Of a stretch of DNA of 64,000 nucleotides, positions 1 to 11,899 are shown in pieces. Below the pieces are notes generated by a model. That model was given only the letters and a program-made list of their open reading frames with translations, searched no databases and had not been told where the DNA came from. This stretch comes from Kudoa neothunni (taxonomy: Eukaryota > Animalia > Cnidaria): the NCBI GenBank assembly GCA_964304625.1, contig OZ199839.1:9531979-9595978 (forward strand), in the 5' to 3' direction. The translations under genes and the position numbers were made by a program. Within the stretch, counting starts at the first letter, position 1. Each line of letters opens with the position of its first letter.

Positions 1-73
1 GAGTGATGGTTGCTCCGAAACGAGGATGTTTAGTGGGTTAAAATCCTACACTACTGCACAAACGTAAGTCGCC

Positions 74-2160
74 TTAACCTTCCGAGCATCTTTTGGATCA
101 AATTGGCCCCAATCTATTTTCTTAGGAACGTGAGAATATATGCACAAGGCTTTAAAGAAAAATATTTTGTTTAAACTAAATCAAATTATAAGAGGATTTT
201 GTCCTAGAATATTAAGAATAAACACAAAACAGATACTCGGCGAACGATGGCGAGAAAATACATTTTGAAAATGAGTGATTTCGAGTACAAGTTCTGTTCA
301 TAAAATGATTCCGAAGCAAGTGAAATAGACGACTGTCTACAATTATTTGATTCAACATCAGAATCCGACAACTTTGACAATGAAATAATGCAAAACGGAC
401 AACTTATTCCTCGACAAAAATGGAATTGATTGGCCCTGCGCTGTACCAAAGATCACAAAAACACAGTAGGAATACATACTTCATCCGATCTCAGTTTTAA
501 CTGCCTAATCGACAACAAGAATCAAAGAATTATCGGAAACATTCTTGATATTTTTTGACACTATTTTCTTCTATTGTGAGTTCTAACACGAACAAAATTG
601 GATTTTTTCATTACAATAATGAGTTTAAATCTATAACAGGGGAAGAATTTAAAGCTTATCTTGGATAACTAATTTATATGTCCATATTTAAATCAAAACG
701 AGAATCCTCAAAATTATTTGGAATGTTGACAAATGGAGAAGTATATTCAGAAAAATGATCCCATTCAAAAGATTTGTTCGGCTATCAAAGTCTCTTCATT
801 TCGATGACTTGAGAACTCGGGAAACAAGACATGAGTCGGATAAATTTTGCCCATTGCGAGAGATTTTTGATCACTGGAAAGACCTAACTTCGAAACTAGT
901 TATTCCCTGAGAAAATTTGACCATCGACGAACAACTTGTTGCAGATAAAGGTAAATGTCCCTTTAAGCAATACATGCCGCCAAAACTTTCTGTTTTCGGT
1001 ATAAAATTTTTCCTGCTTATCGACCCTGATACAAAATATACCCATAATATATCGGTATAGTTGGGAAGAAATAATAGCGAGAGAGCCAAGAATGTTGATG
1101 AAAGTGTGTGGTTTTGGAACTTGTAGCTATTTTAAAAGACAATGGCGAAAACATTGTATTTGATAATTTTTTCAGCTTTATTTCTGTTGCAGAAAAGCTC
1201 TTGAATTGGGGATGACTATGGTTGGTACGATCCGAAATAAGGAGGTAAACAGTTCCAGATCTTTGTTTTACAGAACATTTTTGTTGCTATCGTATGTTCA
1301 AAAAAAATCAGTTTTACTTCTAACAACGTCTTCTTGCAATACAAATGTTGATAACACTGCTACTAAAAAACCTGAGGTCATACATCATTATAATAAGTGC
1401 AAAGGAGGAGTCGACACAGTTGACCGTATAATTGTCATTAATGTTTAACGATATACGAAACGTTGGCCCATTGCAGTTTTTATATGGTTGACGTCAGTTT
1501 GATTAACTCATTCCACATTTATAAGGAAATATTCGTTGACTCTAATTACTCTAGGTTGAAGTATTTAGAAATTCTAGCGGACAGTCTTGTAACAAATTTT
1601 TTGAGCATTAACAATGGGATGATAAAACAAAATATGTCTATGGAGTGTTCAAGCTGAAGTCGAAAGCGGTGTTGCCTTTGTGAAAGAAACTACGACATAT
1701 AAACAAAATCTGTTTGTTCAGTTTGTAAGACAATATGTTGTGAAGAGCACTCAAACGTTATTTGTGTTAAATGTTTTGCTTAATTAGATAAATTACTTAG
1801 AAACATATATTTACATTTGTCTTGTCCGATAGTTTAATGTGTTTTTATTCGCAACATGCTCTACGTTAGACGATTTTTTATAAATATAGGAAAGAATAAA
1901 ATAATAAAACATGCAAATTTCCTAATTAACGAATAATTTCCATTAGTTTCTAACTAGTGTACATCATATATATTGATTTCTCGTATAGTCATATTAAGCC
2001 GTTCCATATATTTTAGTTTCTTCTTATTTCTCATAAAAAAGATCTATAATTAATAAATTATTAAAACAATAGCGTAAATTTAGTGCGTAACACGCCTGGG
2101 GTCAACCTGAACCCAAAGAAGGAATGTGTAAAGTCGTTTTTGGGGCGCTCGAAGGGTTAA
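74..2160 (+). mobile_element. Decayed full-length piggyBac DNA transposon (PGBD4-like transposase pseudogene)
   Basis: TTAA at both ends (74-77, 2157-2160). Imperfect TIRs CCTTCCGAGC / GCTCGAAGGG plus a subterminal inverted repeat. Broken transposase motifs TIDEQLV, KCPFKQYMP, FDNFFS, HYNKCKGGVDTVD and a C-terminal Cys-rich tail; many stops and frameshifts. Confidence 0.9.
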
Positions 2161-2266
2161 TATAACGCTGCAGTGCCAAAAGCGTAAATGGAGAAGGCTT
2201 AACCAGCCCCATCTTCATGACCTAACAAGTTACGCCAGGGGTTTTACCTTGTAAACAAAAAAAAAA
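2161..2266 (+). mobile_element. Possible 3' end of a non-LTR retroelement, split by the piggyBac (other half at 1-73)
   Basis: Removing the piggyBac joins gtttagtgggttaaaatcctacactac (a hairpin-like motif resembling R1-clade 3'UTRs) to a GC-richer tail ending in an A10 run at 2257-2266. Confidence 0.3.
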
Positions 2267-2269
2267 TCA

Positions 2270-2502
2270 AAACCTTTAATCTCATTGCTGATGAGAAATG
2301 TTCTTCATTGATTGGTTATAGCGTAAAAATGTTACCACAAAGACTTCAATGACTTGCTTTACTTTAATATGTTGGAATTATACAAAACAAGCAAATACAC
2401 TTTTATTTTTAGTTTTAAAACATGTTGTATGGCTCTCCTGGAATTAGGTTTAAAAAATGTGACCTCTATGGCTCTCTCACCAAAAGAGATTCCCGACCCT
2501 TG
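2270..2502 (+). mobile_element. 3' terminal fragment of a Buster/Charlie-type hAT element
   Basis: Ends ...atggctctc...gattcccgacccttg, the reverse complement of a CAGGGGTCGGGAACC-type TIR. The same ATGGCTC subterminal motif occurs in the element ending at 23472. Confidence 0.55.
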
Positions 2503-2794
2503 GATTAAATGGATCCGTTGCAATAGTCCGTGTCTTAAATAAAATTTCGAATTGGAACATTCTTAATAGTAACTATAAATAAATTTAGTGTTTTATGAAT
2601 GTTAATGTTTTTATGTTGGACTAATGAAAATATTTATTGTTTCCTTTTTGTTTGTATTACCGAAAGTGTTACACGATTCATTGTTATTCATACTGTAAAT
2701 TCCATTGAAATTAAATAATGAATAATCTTATTCATTATTTATATACCATAACATTAATCTACCTTTTATATAAAAAATATTAGTGAAACTGAAT

Positions 2795-4307
2795 ATGAAA
2801 ATTTCCTTACTAACCTTGATCTATATCACTTCAATCTGCATCCCTTATTGTTATCTCGAAGGTAATTCAACTTTATATACACTCATTCTTATTAATTATA
2901 GCGGATAAAAAATATGATTTTCACGCTAATAAAAACAAGAGAATTTACTTAAAATCATATCCTAAAAGATATTACGTCCACAAAGAAACAGCTACGTGCA
3001 AAGAGTTTGCGTACAAAGGAGCTGGCGGAACTAACTTCAATAATTTTGAGTCTCTAGAAGAATGCGAAAAAGAATGTAATCAGAACTTTATGATAGATCT
3101 TTAAACGGGTGATTTTAGTTGAGTTCGACTACGCGAGTCGAGTGGGCGTTTGCATAGCTGAAGGTATTCCTACCTCATCAAATCCTCTTCAAAGCAATGG
3201 TGATAACTCATTCAACGTTTGTAGTAAAAAAGTAGTTGAAAGATATTACTTCCAAAAAAACAGTGGTGCTAATCCTCCAGGTGAATGCAAAACGTATAAT
3301 TATAAGGGTTGTAACGAACCTAAGTACTCATTTCCGACTGAAAAAGCTTGCAAGGACATGTGCTTAAGTAAATTATTATTCATTTTTACAGTAATTGAAT
3401 TGGAAATAGCAAATGATGAAAATCACAAAATACCTAACAAAGTTGATTGCGCAGTGGGTGCAATTTTAACCTCAAATGCAGCAAGTGAAACAGAAATTAA
3501 GATTGTTCGTGACAGTGACAAATCCACATGTGTTCATGCCATCGTAAACAATAATGCACCGCGTGGTGTCTTCACTTCATTTACACAATGCCAAAAAGTA
3601 TGTCACGGTAATTACAAAAATAATCGGATAAGTCAAATAAGTTAAATTAGCTGAGGGCGAAATAACCAAAAGATGCGAGTCTGCTGCATACCAACCAACA
3701 AATGATGGACATATAACAACAAAATATTATTACAACTCTAAAAACAAAATGTGTATGCAAATGTTAGCTGTTGATGTCGAAGTAGACTCAACAAAAAATT
3801 ATTTTGATACAGCTGCAGAATGTATTAGTGCTTGTCCCGCTAGTACGCTTCTTTTATTATTTAAAATAATATAATTTTATGTTTAAAGTTAACGAAGATA
3901 AAACAGACGAGAAATTGCCTGATATTCCATCTGTCTGTAGCGAACCAAAAGAGCCTGGTAATGGAAACGAGGCAAGTACATTGCCAAGATGGTACTATGA
4001 TGAAAAAGAAAAAGTATGCAAACGATTTGCATATACTGGAATTGGTGGGAACGCGAACAACTTTGAAAATGAAGCTCTTTGCAATTACATTTGCATCGAA
4101 GGAATAAATGAAGTTCAATTACTTGAACCAACAACTACTCCAGAAACTACTACGACTACTACGCCTGCTACGGATGATTCAGGAGATTCCCAAACCCCTT
4201 CCGAATCTGGTCCAGAACCTGATCTAGAACCTACCTCAGGACCTAACGTAGAAGCTGAAGAAGAAGCTGAGCCAAAACCCTCTCATGTTAAAGAGGAGGG
4301 ATCATAA
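2795..4307 (+). CDS. Secreted five-Kunitz-domain protein, copy A (about 432 aa, 6 exons)
   Basis: Exons 2795-2861, 2902-3075, 3119-3367, 3410-3607, 3651-3842, 3889-4307 give 1299 nt in frame; all five GT-AG introns are phase 1 and 40-46 nt. Signal peptide MKISLLTLIYITSICIPYCYL. Kunitz motifs RWYYD..C..F.Y.G.GGNANNF....C...C. Acidic T/P/E-rich tail. Confidence 0.9.
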
Positions 4308-4560
4308 TCATTAGCTAATATCAACTATTCGGAACATTATAATAAAGTTACCAATGCTGAATGAAAATTTAAAAGGAGTTACTTTGTTATTTTTATAATC
4401 TATTAGTTAATCCCTATTATTTATTGATTTTATTATAATATTTATTTATGGATAAATTTCTTCATCGTATTAATTGATCTATTAACGTTTATAGTATAAA
4501 ATAAGTAATATTTTGATAATTTCACTCTAAAATATCCACAAAATATAATCTTATTACATA

Positions 4561-7289
4561 CTAGCGCTATTGCCCAGCTTTGCCTTGTATTGTGTGGTGG
4601 GAAATTTTAACTTTTAGTTCTATTTCTTCATGGAGAAATTCTACGGAAGATTTAATCTAATTCGCACGTTGAATTCTGTAAGATTTATTTTTCTATTTTA
4701 ATTGATGCAATTTAAAGTTTGTCATTATTTTTGCAATGTGACGATTGAGAAAAACAAAATTATGCACGCACTTTCTATTTAAATATAAATAGAGGTACTG
4801 AGGGAAATTACTGAGTATTTTTAAGCTTATTTTACAAATTATTGACCAAAAATATAATGACCTTAATTTTATGAGCAATGTAATTAACGAATGAAGTTCA
4901 TTTATTTATTAAACAAAATCATTAAGTAACTTAAATAGGTCTTTCAGTTCTATTCAAAATTTTGTAATAAAAATTAATCTTCCTAATTATATAATTTATT
5001 ATTAGTCTACAAACGATAAACAAAATAAAATCAACCTGAGATACGTCAGAAATAAAAATATAAATTTTTACTACTCTTTTCAATTTTATAAAGGATGTTA
5101 ATGATGTTTTAAAAAGCTGTTAGTGATAACTTCCGTATTCACTATTTTAACCCTTAAACGATAACCCAGGGCTCCAAGAGTTCACTTGGAGAATAAAATG
5201 GACAAAACTCCACTAAAAATCGATTTTCTGGACCAATATTTTAAGTAAATTCCTAAAATTAATTCTTCTATATCTCTGTAAAATTTCATAAAAAAATTTT
5301 TTAAATATGTTACGCCGATTTTAAATAACGAGTTACTAAAATTTAATACGTTAATCTAGTTTTGAACTCAAGTTAATCACATAATAGTATCATCTTTGAA
5401 AACGCAGGAATCCAGTTTATCATATGTCTTTCTCTTCTGAATCTGAAAATGTATCTTCGACTGAGTTAAATACACATTTATGTGATAATTATGATTCAAA
5501 AGAAGACGAAGTAAACAAGTTTGCAACGTATGTTCAAACACCGTGTGCAATGAACATTCTAAAAAGAATATAATACGCAACAATTGTGACGAACATTAAA
5601 ATACATTAAGTCGAAAATATATATGTTTATTTCATGGCATACTTTTCTTTTCTATATGTACGCGTATACGCGCATTTTTAAATAGAATCCTCCCATTGAT
5701 CTGATTAATCTACATAAAGGGTTTTTTGAGTGGATGGGTTCCCGGAGCCCACGTTTATCGGATATGCAATCTACACGAGGGTGTCGTTTAAAGGTTAATA
5801 TAATTTCCCGATTTTTAAATAAATGTGTTATGTACGCTGACACAGACATGTTTTTTGCAATAATAATAATAATAATAATACAGATTAACAACTAACTACG
5901 TAAATATAATGGTGCAAATTATCGTGGATGGAGTATAGATTATTCCTCAACAAAATGAAACCCTTCTCCTTAACGAAAATACTTGTTGCTTCAAAAATAT
6001 ACAAATTCAATTAACAAAATACGATTAAATCTAAAATGTAAAGGTGTTTTTGGTTTGAAAAATTACTTTAATGAATAAATATCAACTGGTTTTCTCTAAC
6101 GAGTGCACCCTTTAAAGATAAACGTACTGTTGGATTGCCCTAACAAATTACTTTGTATTGGACTATGCTTAGATTAACGAAAACTTTGTGAAAATATCGG
6201 TTAGATCGAATTAACCAATAATTTCTTATTAACTTACATGGCACGTATTGGGAGTGGACTGTATTTTGTGCAAAAGTAATCATGAATATAAATTCTTAAA
6301 CTACGTATGAAATGGGTTGTCACATATTTTCATGCAACCTTTATATCATAATGAATTAGTTTTAGTGAAAAGAAAATTATACATTGATTTGAATATTAAC
6401 CTTAAGTTTTGGGGTAAGGAATAATTAGGTTTCTAAGAACTTAAACATTATTTAAAAAATTATCTCATCAAATATATAAACTTATCGAATTAGTGATGCC
6501 AGTTATTTTTGAAGAAAGTTTAGGAAATCCAAAAAATGAGTAAAAAATTATCGAAAAGACGAATGTAGTTTTAATCTCAATTGGTATATTTGATAAAAAG
6601 AAATTTTCACGTCTCAGGAATTCCAATGGAGCATAATTTTCATTTGAGAAGTTATCACAAAAATTTAATTATTTGAAAACTCTACACACATCTTAAGTCG
6701 TTTTTAGAATGCGTATAGAGACCCAAATTATTCCAATATGGCAACAACTTAGATCTCGAATTATGTATTTTATTTAAAATGATCATAATCTTTTTTCCTT
6801 AACTATATCCATAACGCTTGAAAAGTGAAAATACATCCTAAATAATTTGGTAATGGTTCAAATTTTAAGGGCAATGCAAAAACTCTTGTAAATGCAACGT
6901 TAATAGTTTTATTTGTCTTAAAATTATTCCAAACAGGCATATGTAGCATCTTTCAAACATTCTATATCAAAATTAACAGATTCTTTTTGTATATAGTGAG
7001 TAAAAGTTCATTCTAATTGATTATCACTCTGAAGTAAACCAACATCAATATTATTCAGGTACTTTTTAATCTGCTATTTGTTGAAAACGACCAGAAGATT
7101 CCTTACATCTGATAATGATATTTATTATGTAAGCAATTAAAAGTGAATAACGATTTTTTGTAACAGTATCATCCTTCCAAATGTATACTAAAAGATGTAT
7201 TTAAAATAAATTTCTCTGTGGCACATGTGTACTGTTGCAAACACACCCACACACACCGGCAGACATAAGAGCTTTTTATATATAGTAGA
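4561..7289 (-). mobile_element. Non-autonomous Helitron, copy A
   Basis: Minus strand starts A|TCTACTATATATAAAA and ends with an imperfect hairpin (aaggcaaagctggg) followed by GCTAG|T, an AT target without TSD. Body is homologous to 53035-54673 and 11182-11597. Confidence 0.8.
5147..5798 (+). mobile_element. Internally deleted piggyBac nested in Helitron A
   Basis: TTAA-CCCTTAAACGA ... TCGTTTAAAGG-TTAA. Retains the Cys-rich C-terminal remnant KQVCNVCSNTVCNEHS. Confidence 0.8.
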
Positions 7290-8731
7290 TATCAGTGTTT
7301 ACCAACGTGGGGCGTGCGTCCCACTGGTGGGTCATGGGAAAATTTTGGTGGGCGCAATAAATTTTGAAAGTATAATGAACTCCACTAGGGGGATACAAGT
7401 ATCAATAGGGAACAAATATTTGTAGAATATTTATAATTTGGCCTTCTGTGCATTTCTTTTGAAATTTGAATAGAGAGTTATTCGAATGATCGTTAGCACT
7501 TAGAATTTTTCAATTTATAATTCGAATAAAATAATGTTTCTGTTCTCAATTAGAATATTATGACCAAAACTTTCGCCAAATATTTAATCTGAAAGAATTT
7601 CATATTACGACTGTTTATAGTCCCTCTTTGACCAAAAATAAATATAATTTGATAATTTTTGACTTAAAGACTTCGAGTCGATTGAAGCTGCACTTTCTCA
7701 GATACAATCATGTGTCTACCGCTTTAACACCGGTACATTATCGAATCGTGAACACTTGTTTATTCCTTATTCGCGAAGTTCAAATCTTTTTTTTACAATG
7801 AATGTCGATAGAAAGAGAAAAATCCGCCATTATTCTTCAGAATTTCTGAGTTTTGGTTTTATACCATATAGCCTTGATGAAAGCAGACCTTTTTGTTTGG
7901 TATGCCTTTAGGTGTTGAGTAATGAGTCCATGAAGGCTGGAAGATTAGAAACGCATTTAAAAGCAAAACATCCGAATAATGTTTGCTCAGAGTTGAAATA
8001 TTTTATGTCACTTAAAGAGCAGCTTGAAAATCGACAAAAAGTTTCACCCATGTTTGATTCCAAATTTGGATTAAATTAGCGTACTTTGGAAACGAGCTAC
8101 GAAATCTCTTTGCTTATTGAAAAAAACGGAAAGAAACATACAACTGATGAGAACTTGATAAAACTAGCTATTTCAATTTTCTTAAAGACCGTTTAACAAA
8201 AAATCGATGCTGAAGTTGAGGCTATGCCTCTTAGTAATAATACAGCTCTGACCGAATTGATGAGATGTCTAAAGATGTTGAAGTTCAACTTATTGAAAAA
8301 TTACAAACAAAGAAATGTTCATTACAGTTGGATGAATCCACAATTCGAGACAGCGAAGCTCTTCCACTGTCTTATGTAAGATATACTGACAAAGGACAAT
8401 TTCGTGAAGAGATGTTATTTTTTAAATCATTGGATTCAACTACAACATCAAAAGATATCTACATTGTGGTAAAAAATTATTTCGTGTCAAGTAAAATACC
8501 AATTGCCAATTTGTTGGCATGTGCTGCTGACGGTGCTCCTACTATGATGGGAACAAAAAATATCTTCTCCTCTTAATGAAACGCTACAGAATGTGATCAA
8601 ATGTGTTATCTCTATTAAAACTAAACCCAACGTTGAAAGATTATTCAAGGAATTTCACGAAAATCAAAATGTCAATCACATTTGTTTATTGCTCTATACT
8701 TAATTTAAGTGGTTGTCGAATGGAAATTGCC

Positions 8732-10382
8732 CTAACCCTTGAACCCCCAATTTAATTCAGTGACTGAAAATTTTTTTCGCTCATTTTGTTTAATTATAAA
8801 TAATTTTATAAAAAATATCCAAAAATTAGATCAGTCATTTTAAAAACTAAAAAGATACACATCTAATGCCAAATGGCAACATTGGGACGCGGCTTATTTT
8901 AATATGAGGGAGTGCGCATATGCTTGTTTATATGTTAGTTTGTTTTTAACCAAAAAGTTACTCATCCGCCATTAGAAATGCAATTTTAAATTACTTATTA
9001 TAATTTTGATAATCCAAAAAAAACGGTTTTTATTTTTATCGGGGTACAAATGGAAATGATACCTAATGCAAATATGTTCAAATAATTTCTCATCGGAGAA
9101 TTGGTTAAAATAGGCGAAACATTCAAATACAATATCTTCAACTTGCTCTAAAATATCTGTTGTTTCGATAACATTATTTATTTAATTTTTCGCGCTCATT
9201 GTCTAATTTAAACGGTAGTCATCTTCCTCTTTATCACTAGAACTGAATTCGGTTACAATATCGTCATATTGATTATACGATATGGAATCCAATTCCAGTC
9301 CAACGTCTGATTTGTATCCACCTGGTAATAATATGATTTTTTTCAAAGTCTTTTTTGCTTATTCCTTTCTCCAATTTAGTCAGAATCCATTCTAAAGAAT
9401 ATAAACACACTTAAATCGAGGGCCGAACTTTGTCGTGTGACAACACTCGCTATACCCGCTGGCCCAATGTTGCTAAATGGCAGCATGGATTAATCTGTCC
9501 CTATAGTATACACATCAAAACATATTTTCTTCTTAGATTCATTTTTAGAATAAACTTATTTAATAGTATATGTGTATGTAATGGTCGATTATATAAAGTA
9601 TGCGACCAAATCAAGCAGGTGCGCGATCAGCATCGGGCGGTACGGCACCGCCGCCGTTTAAGCTATGGCTCGCGGGTTCGAACCCCGCCCGCGACCATTC
9701 ATTACATTGATGACAGGGGTATCTAAGAACCTACGCAACTTCCAACAGGGGAAGAAGTAGTGTTGGACTGCCAGTATATTACATTATCGTACGGTGTGAA
9801 CAGCAGCGGTTTGGACATCAAGAGAGCCTAAAGGTAGTATTGTGGTAGTATTACTACGGCTGAAATTCGTTGCGCGTGAGGTCGGCGCGGATGTGCTCGT
9901 GAGGGAGAGTAGCAGTTAGAGATGTCAGGCACCAAGAGGCAGGATTTCGTCGCATATCTGGCGACATGAAAACATTAGGGCTTTCAAATGCGCCCAGGGG
10001 GATGTGTAATGGTTGGTTTATATAAGGGATGTGTGACCAAAGCAGCAGATGCGCGATCGAGAGCATGCGGTATGGCTCCGCCGCCTTTTAATGCAAAGAA
10101 CCCAGATTCGAATCCCTGTTCGGACCTTGTGTTTACAGTGTGTGTATATTTCTTAGTTTTACTAAAACCTCAAAATCCTAGGTTCGATTGCAGGATACTT
10201 ATAGCCATTTTTATATTTGCCGTAGAGTTTGATAAAAACGTACAAATTTTTATAACTAATTTTTAAAATCAAATAAACATCAACTATATTATAAAGATAT
10301 ATTTAAGAAATGTAATTAAATGGTTAAACACTCACAAAATTAAAATTTTGCCATTTGGCATTATTGGGGTCCAAAGGATTAA
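8732..10382. mobile_element. Non-autonomous piggyBac-like element inserted in the Buster transposase
   Basis: Left (c)TAA-CCCTTGAACCCCCAAT, right ATTGGGGTCCAAAGGA-TTAA. The subterminal motif TAATGCCAAATGGCAA occurs inverted at both ends. Confidence 0.65.
9577..10137 (+). mobile_element. Miniature LTR retroelement (TRIM) with tRNA-like LTRs
   Basis: LTR1 9577-9706 and LTR2 10005-10137 both run TGTAATGG...TTACA and align with each other. PBS-like TTGATGACAG follows LTR1 and a polypurine tract AGGGGGA precedes LTR2. The internal region is 298 bp. Both LTRs carry a B-box/T-loop (GGTTCGAACCC; GATTCGAATCC). Confidence 0.75.
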
Positions 10383-10549
10383 AATGGATTACACATAATG
10401 ATTAATTAAAAATGCAGTTATAGACATATTTTACGAAATTTTCGATCTTCAAAATTAAACATTTAACTGTACAAGCTAATAATGTCTTCTCTGTTTCTAT
10501 TTAAGTCAACCTAACCTTTGTCAAAAAACAAGACTCATGGATATTATTG

Positions 10550-10997
10550 ATACTTGTTGCTATCGTCGAACATCACGTATAGGGAAGAAATACGAAATTA
10601 TTCAAATGAATCTGTTTCAAAAATATATGATGATCCTCCAAGTTATTTGGCTCATTCTAGCCTCAAACATCTTGCAAAGTCAATTTATTCTATCTCAGCG
10701 ACTTCTGGGGAATGTGTAAGACATGTCTCAAGGGCTGAATTAACGTTGCGAACGATCCGTAATCGTTTAAAACCATGTCATTTTAAGAAATTGGTTTTTC
10801 TCAGAGATTATAACTCCTCCAGACCACTATAATTTATAATAGTTGGTGAATCCTATAAATGTACGAAGGTTTTTTAAAGACTGAGCGAACACTCAGCTGT
10901 TTCTATATGGATTATCTAGGTTGGGACGGGAACAAATTGTTTAAATAATATGTAGGACATGGACAAATTTTATTGAACGCTGTGTCACCCTGCACTA
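10550..10997 (+). mobile_element. 3' fragment of an Ac-type hAT element (dimerisation domain)
   Basis: ORF 10554-10832 reads LKHLAKSIYSISATSGECVRHVSRAELTLRTIRNRLKP...LVFL, a hAT C-terminal dimerisation motif. Candidate terminus GTCACCCTGCACTA. Confidence 0.65.
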
Positions 10998-11181
10998 CAT
11001 TAGGGTTTTTTGACATGCGGACTAACTCTCTCAGTAGGTTCAACGTTCACTGTAATTTCTTATGTAAGCTACACTAATTACAATCAGTATTATTTAAAAA
11101 CAAATAAATATACAAATTCTTTAAGAAAATTACGACTTAATTCATGAATAATTGACCAATTTAGAGGAGTAAATGGTTAAC

Positions 11182-11597
11182 TGATTAATTTTTTTCTCAA
11201 AATTTTGAAAAGAACTTGAAGTCCTATTTAAAGTTACTTATTGATGTTGTTCAATATATAATTTTAAATCGTTTATTATATTTGTCATAAAATTAAAGCC
11301 ATTGTACTTATGGTCAGTTAATTGTAAAACAAACTTTAAAATATTCATTAATTTTCTCTAAATTCCTCAATTTATATTTGAATGGAAAGTGTGTGCATAA
11401 CTTAGTTGATCTAAATCACCGCATTGCAAAAATAATGCCAAGCTATAAAATGCATAAATAAACATGGAGAAATAAAATTTACTCAGTTTAACATGCTAAT
11501 TAAATTATCCTTACGGTAGGATTCCCCCATTCAAAAATAAAATTTAGGGTTTAAATTCTCTATCACAATACCAGAAAAATCTGGACATTAATTCTAG
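11182..11597 (+). mobile_element. Helitron 3' fragment (same family as copies A and B)
   Basis: Aligns with about 54375-54673. Ends ccagaaaaatctgg (hairpin) ...CTAG|T. Confidence 0.7.
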
Positions 11598-11899
11598 TGG
11601 GGTTAGAACGGATCCGTTGTAATAGCCTGTGCCTAAAGAAAACGTGGAGTCGGAACATTCTTGATTTTAAAATATAAACGAACTTAATGTTGTAAGAGTA
11701 TAAAATTTTTCCAGAAACGATTATTGACAAAATATAAAGATTTTTATTTCTGTTGGTATTAACGGGAATTTTTCACGATTCATTGTTATTATTAATACTG
11801 TCAACCCGATTAAAACTAAATGATGAATAATCTTATTCATTATTTATATACTATCATATTAATCCATCTCTCATATTAAGAATTATGATGAACATAAAT

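Larger units (their letters stand above)
7293..10530 (+). mobile_element. Decayed Buster-type hAT transposon (ZBED5/SCAND3-like transposase remnant), interrupted by nested elements
   Basis: 5' end CAGTGTTTACCAACGTGGGG. BED-finger remnant RPFCLVC..LSNESMK..RLETHL..KHP at about 7798-7975. SLQLDEST and ADGAPTMMG in ORF 8265-8576. The WLSNGNC motif is cut at 8732. Right boundary approximate. Confidence 0.8.

Noticed and set aside
9623-9697. Functional tRNA gene
   Set aside because: The T-arm is good, but the acceptor stem is bulged and there is no proper anticodon arm. It lies inside a repeated TG...CA unit, so it is treated as part of the LTR.
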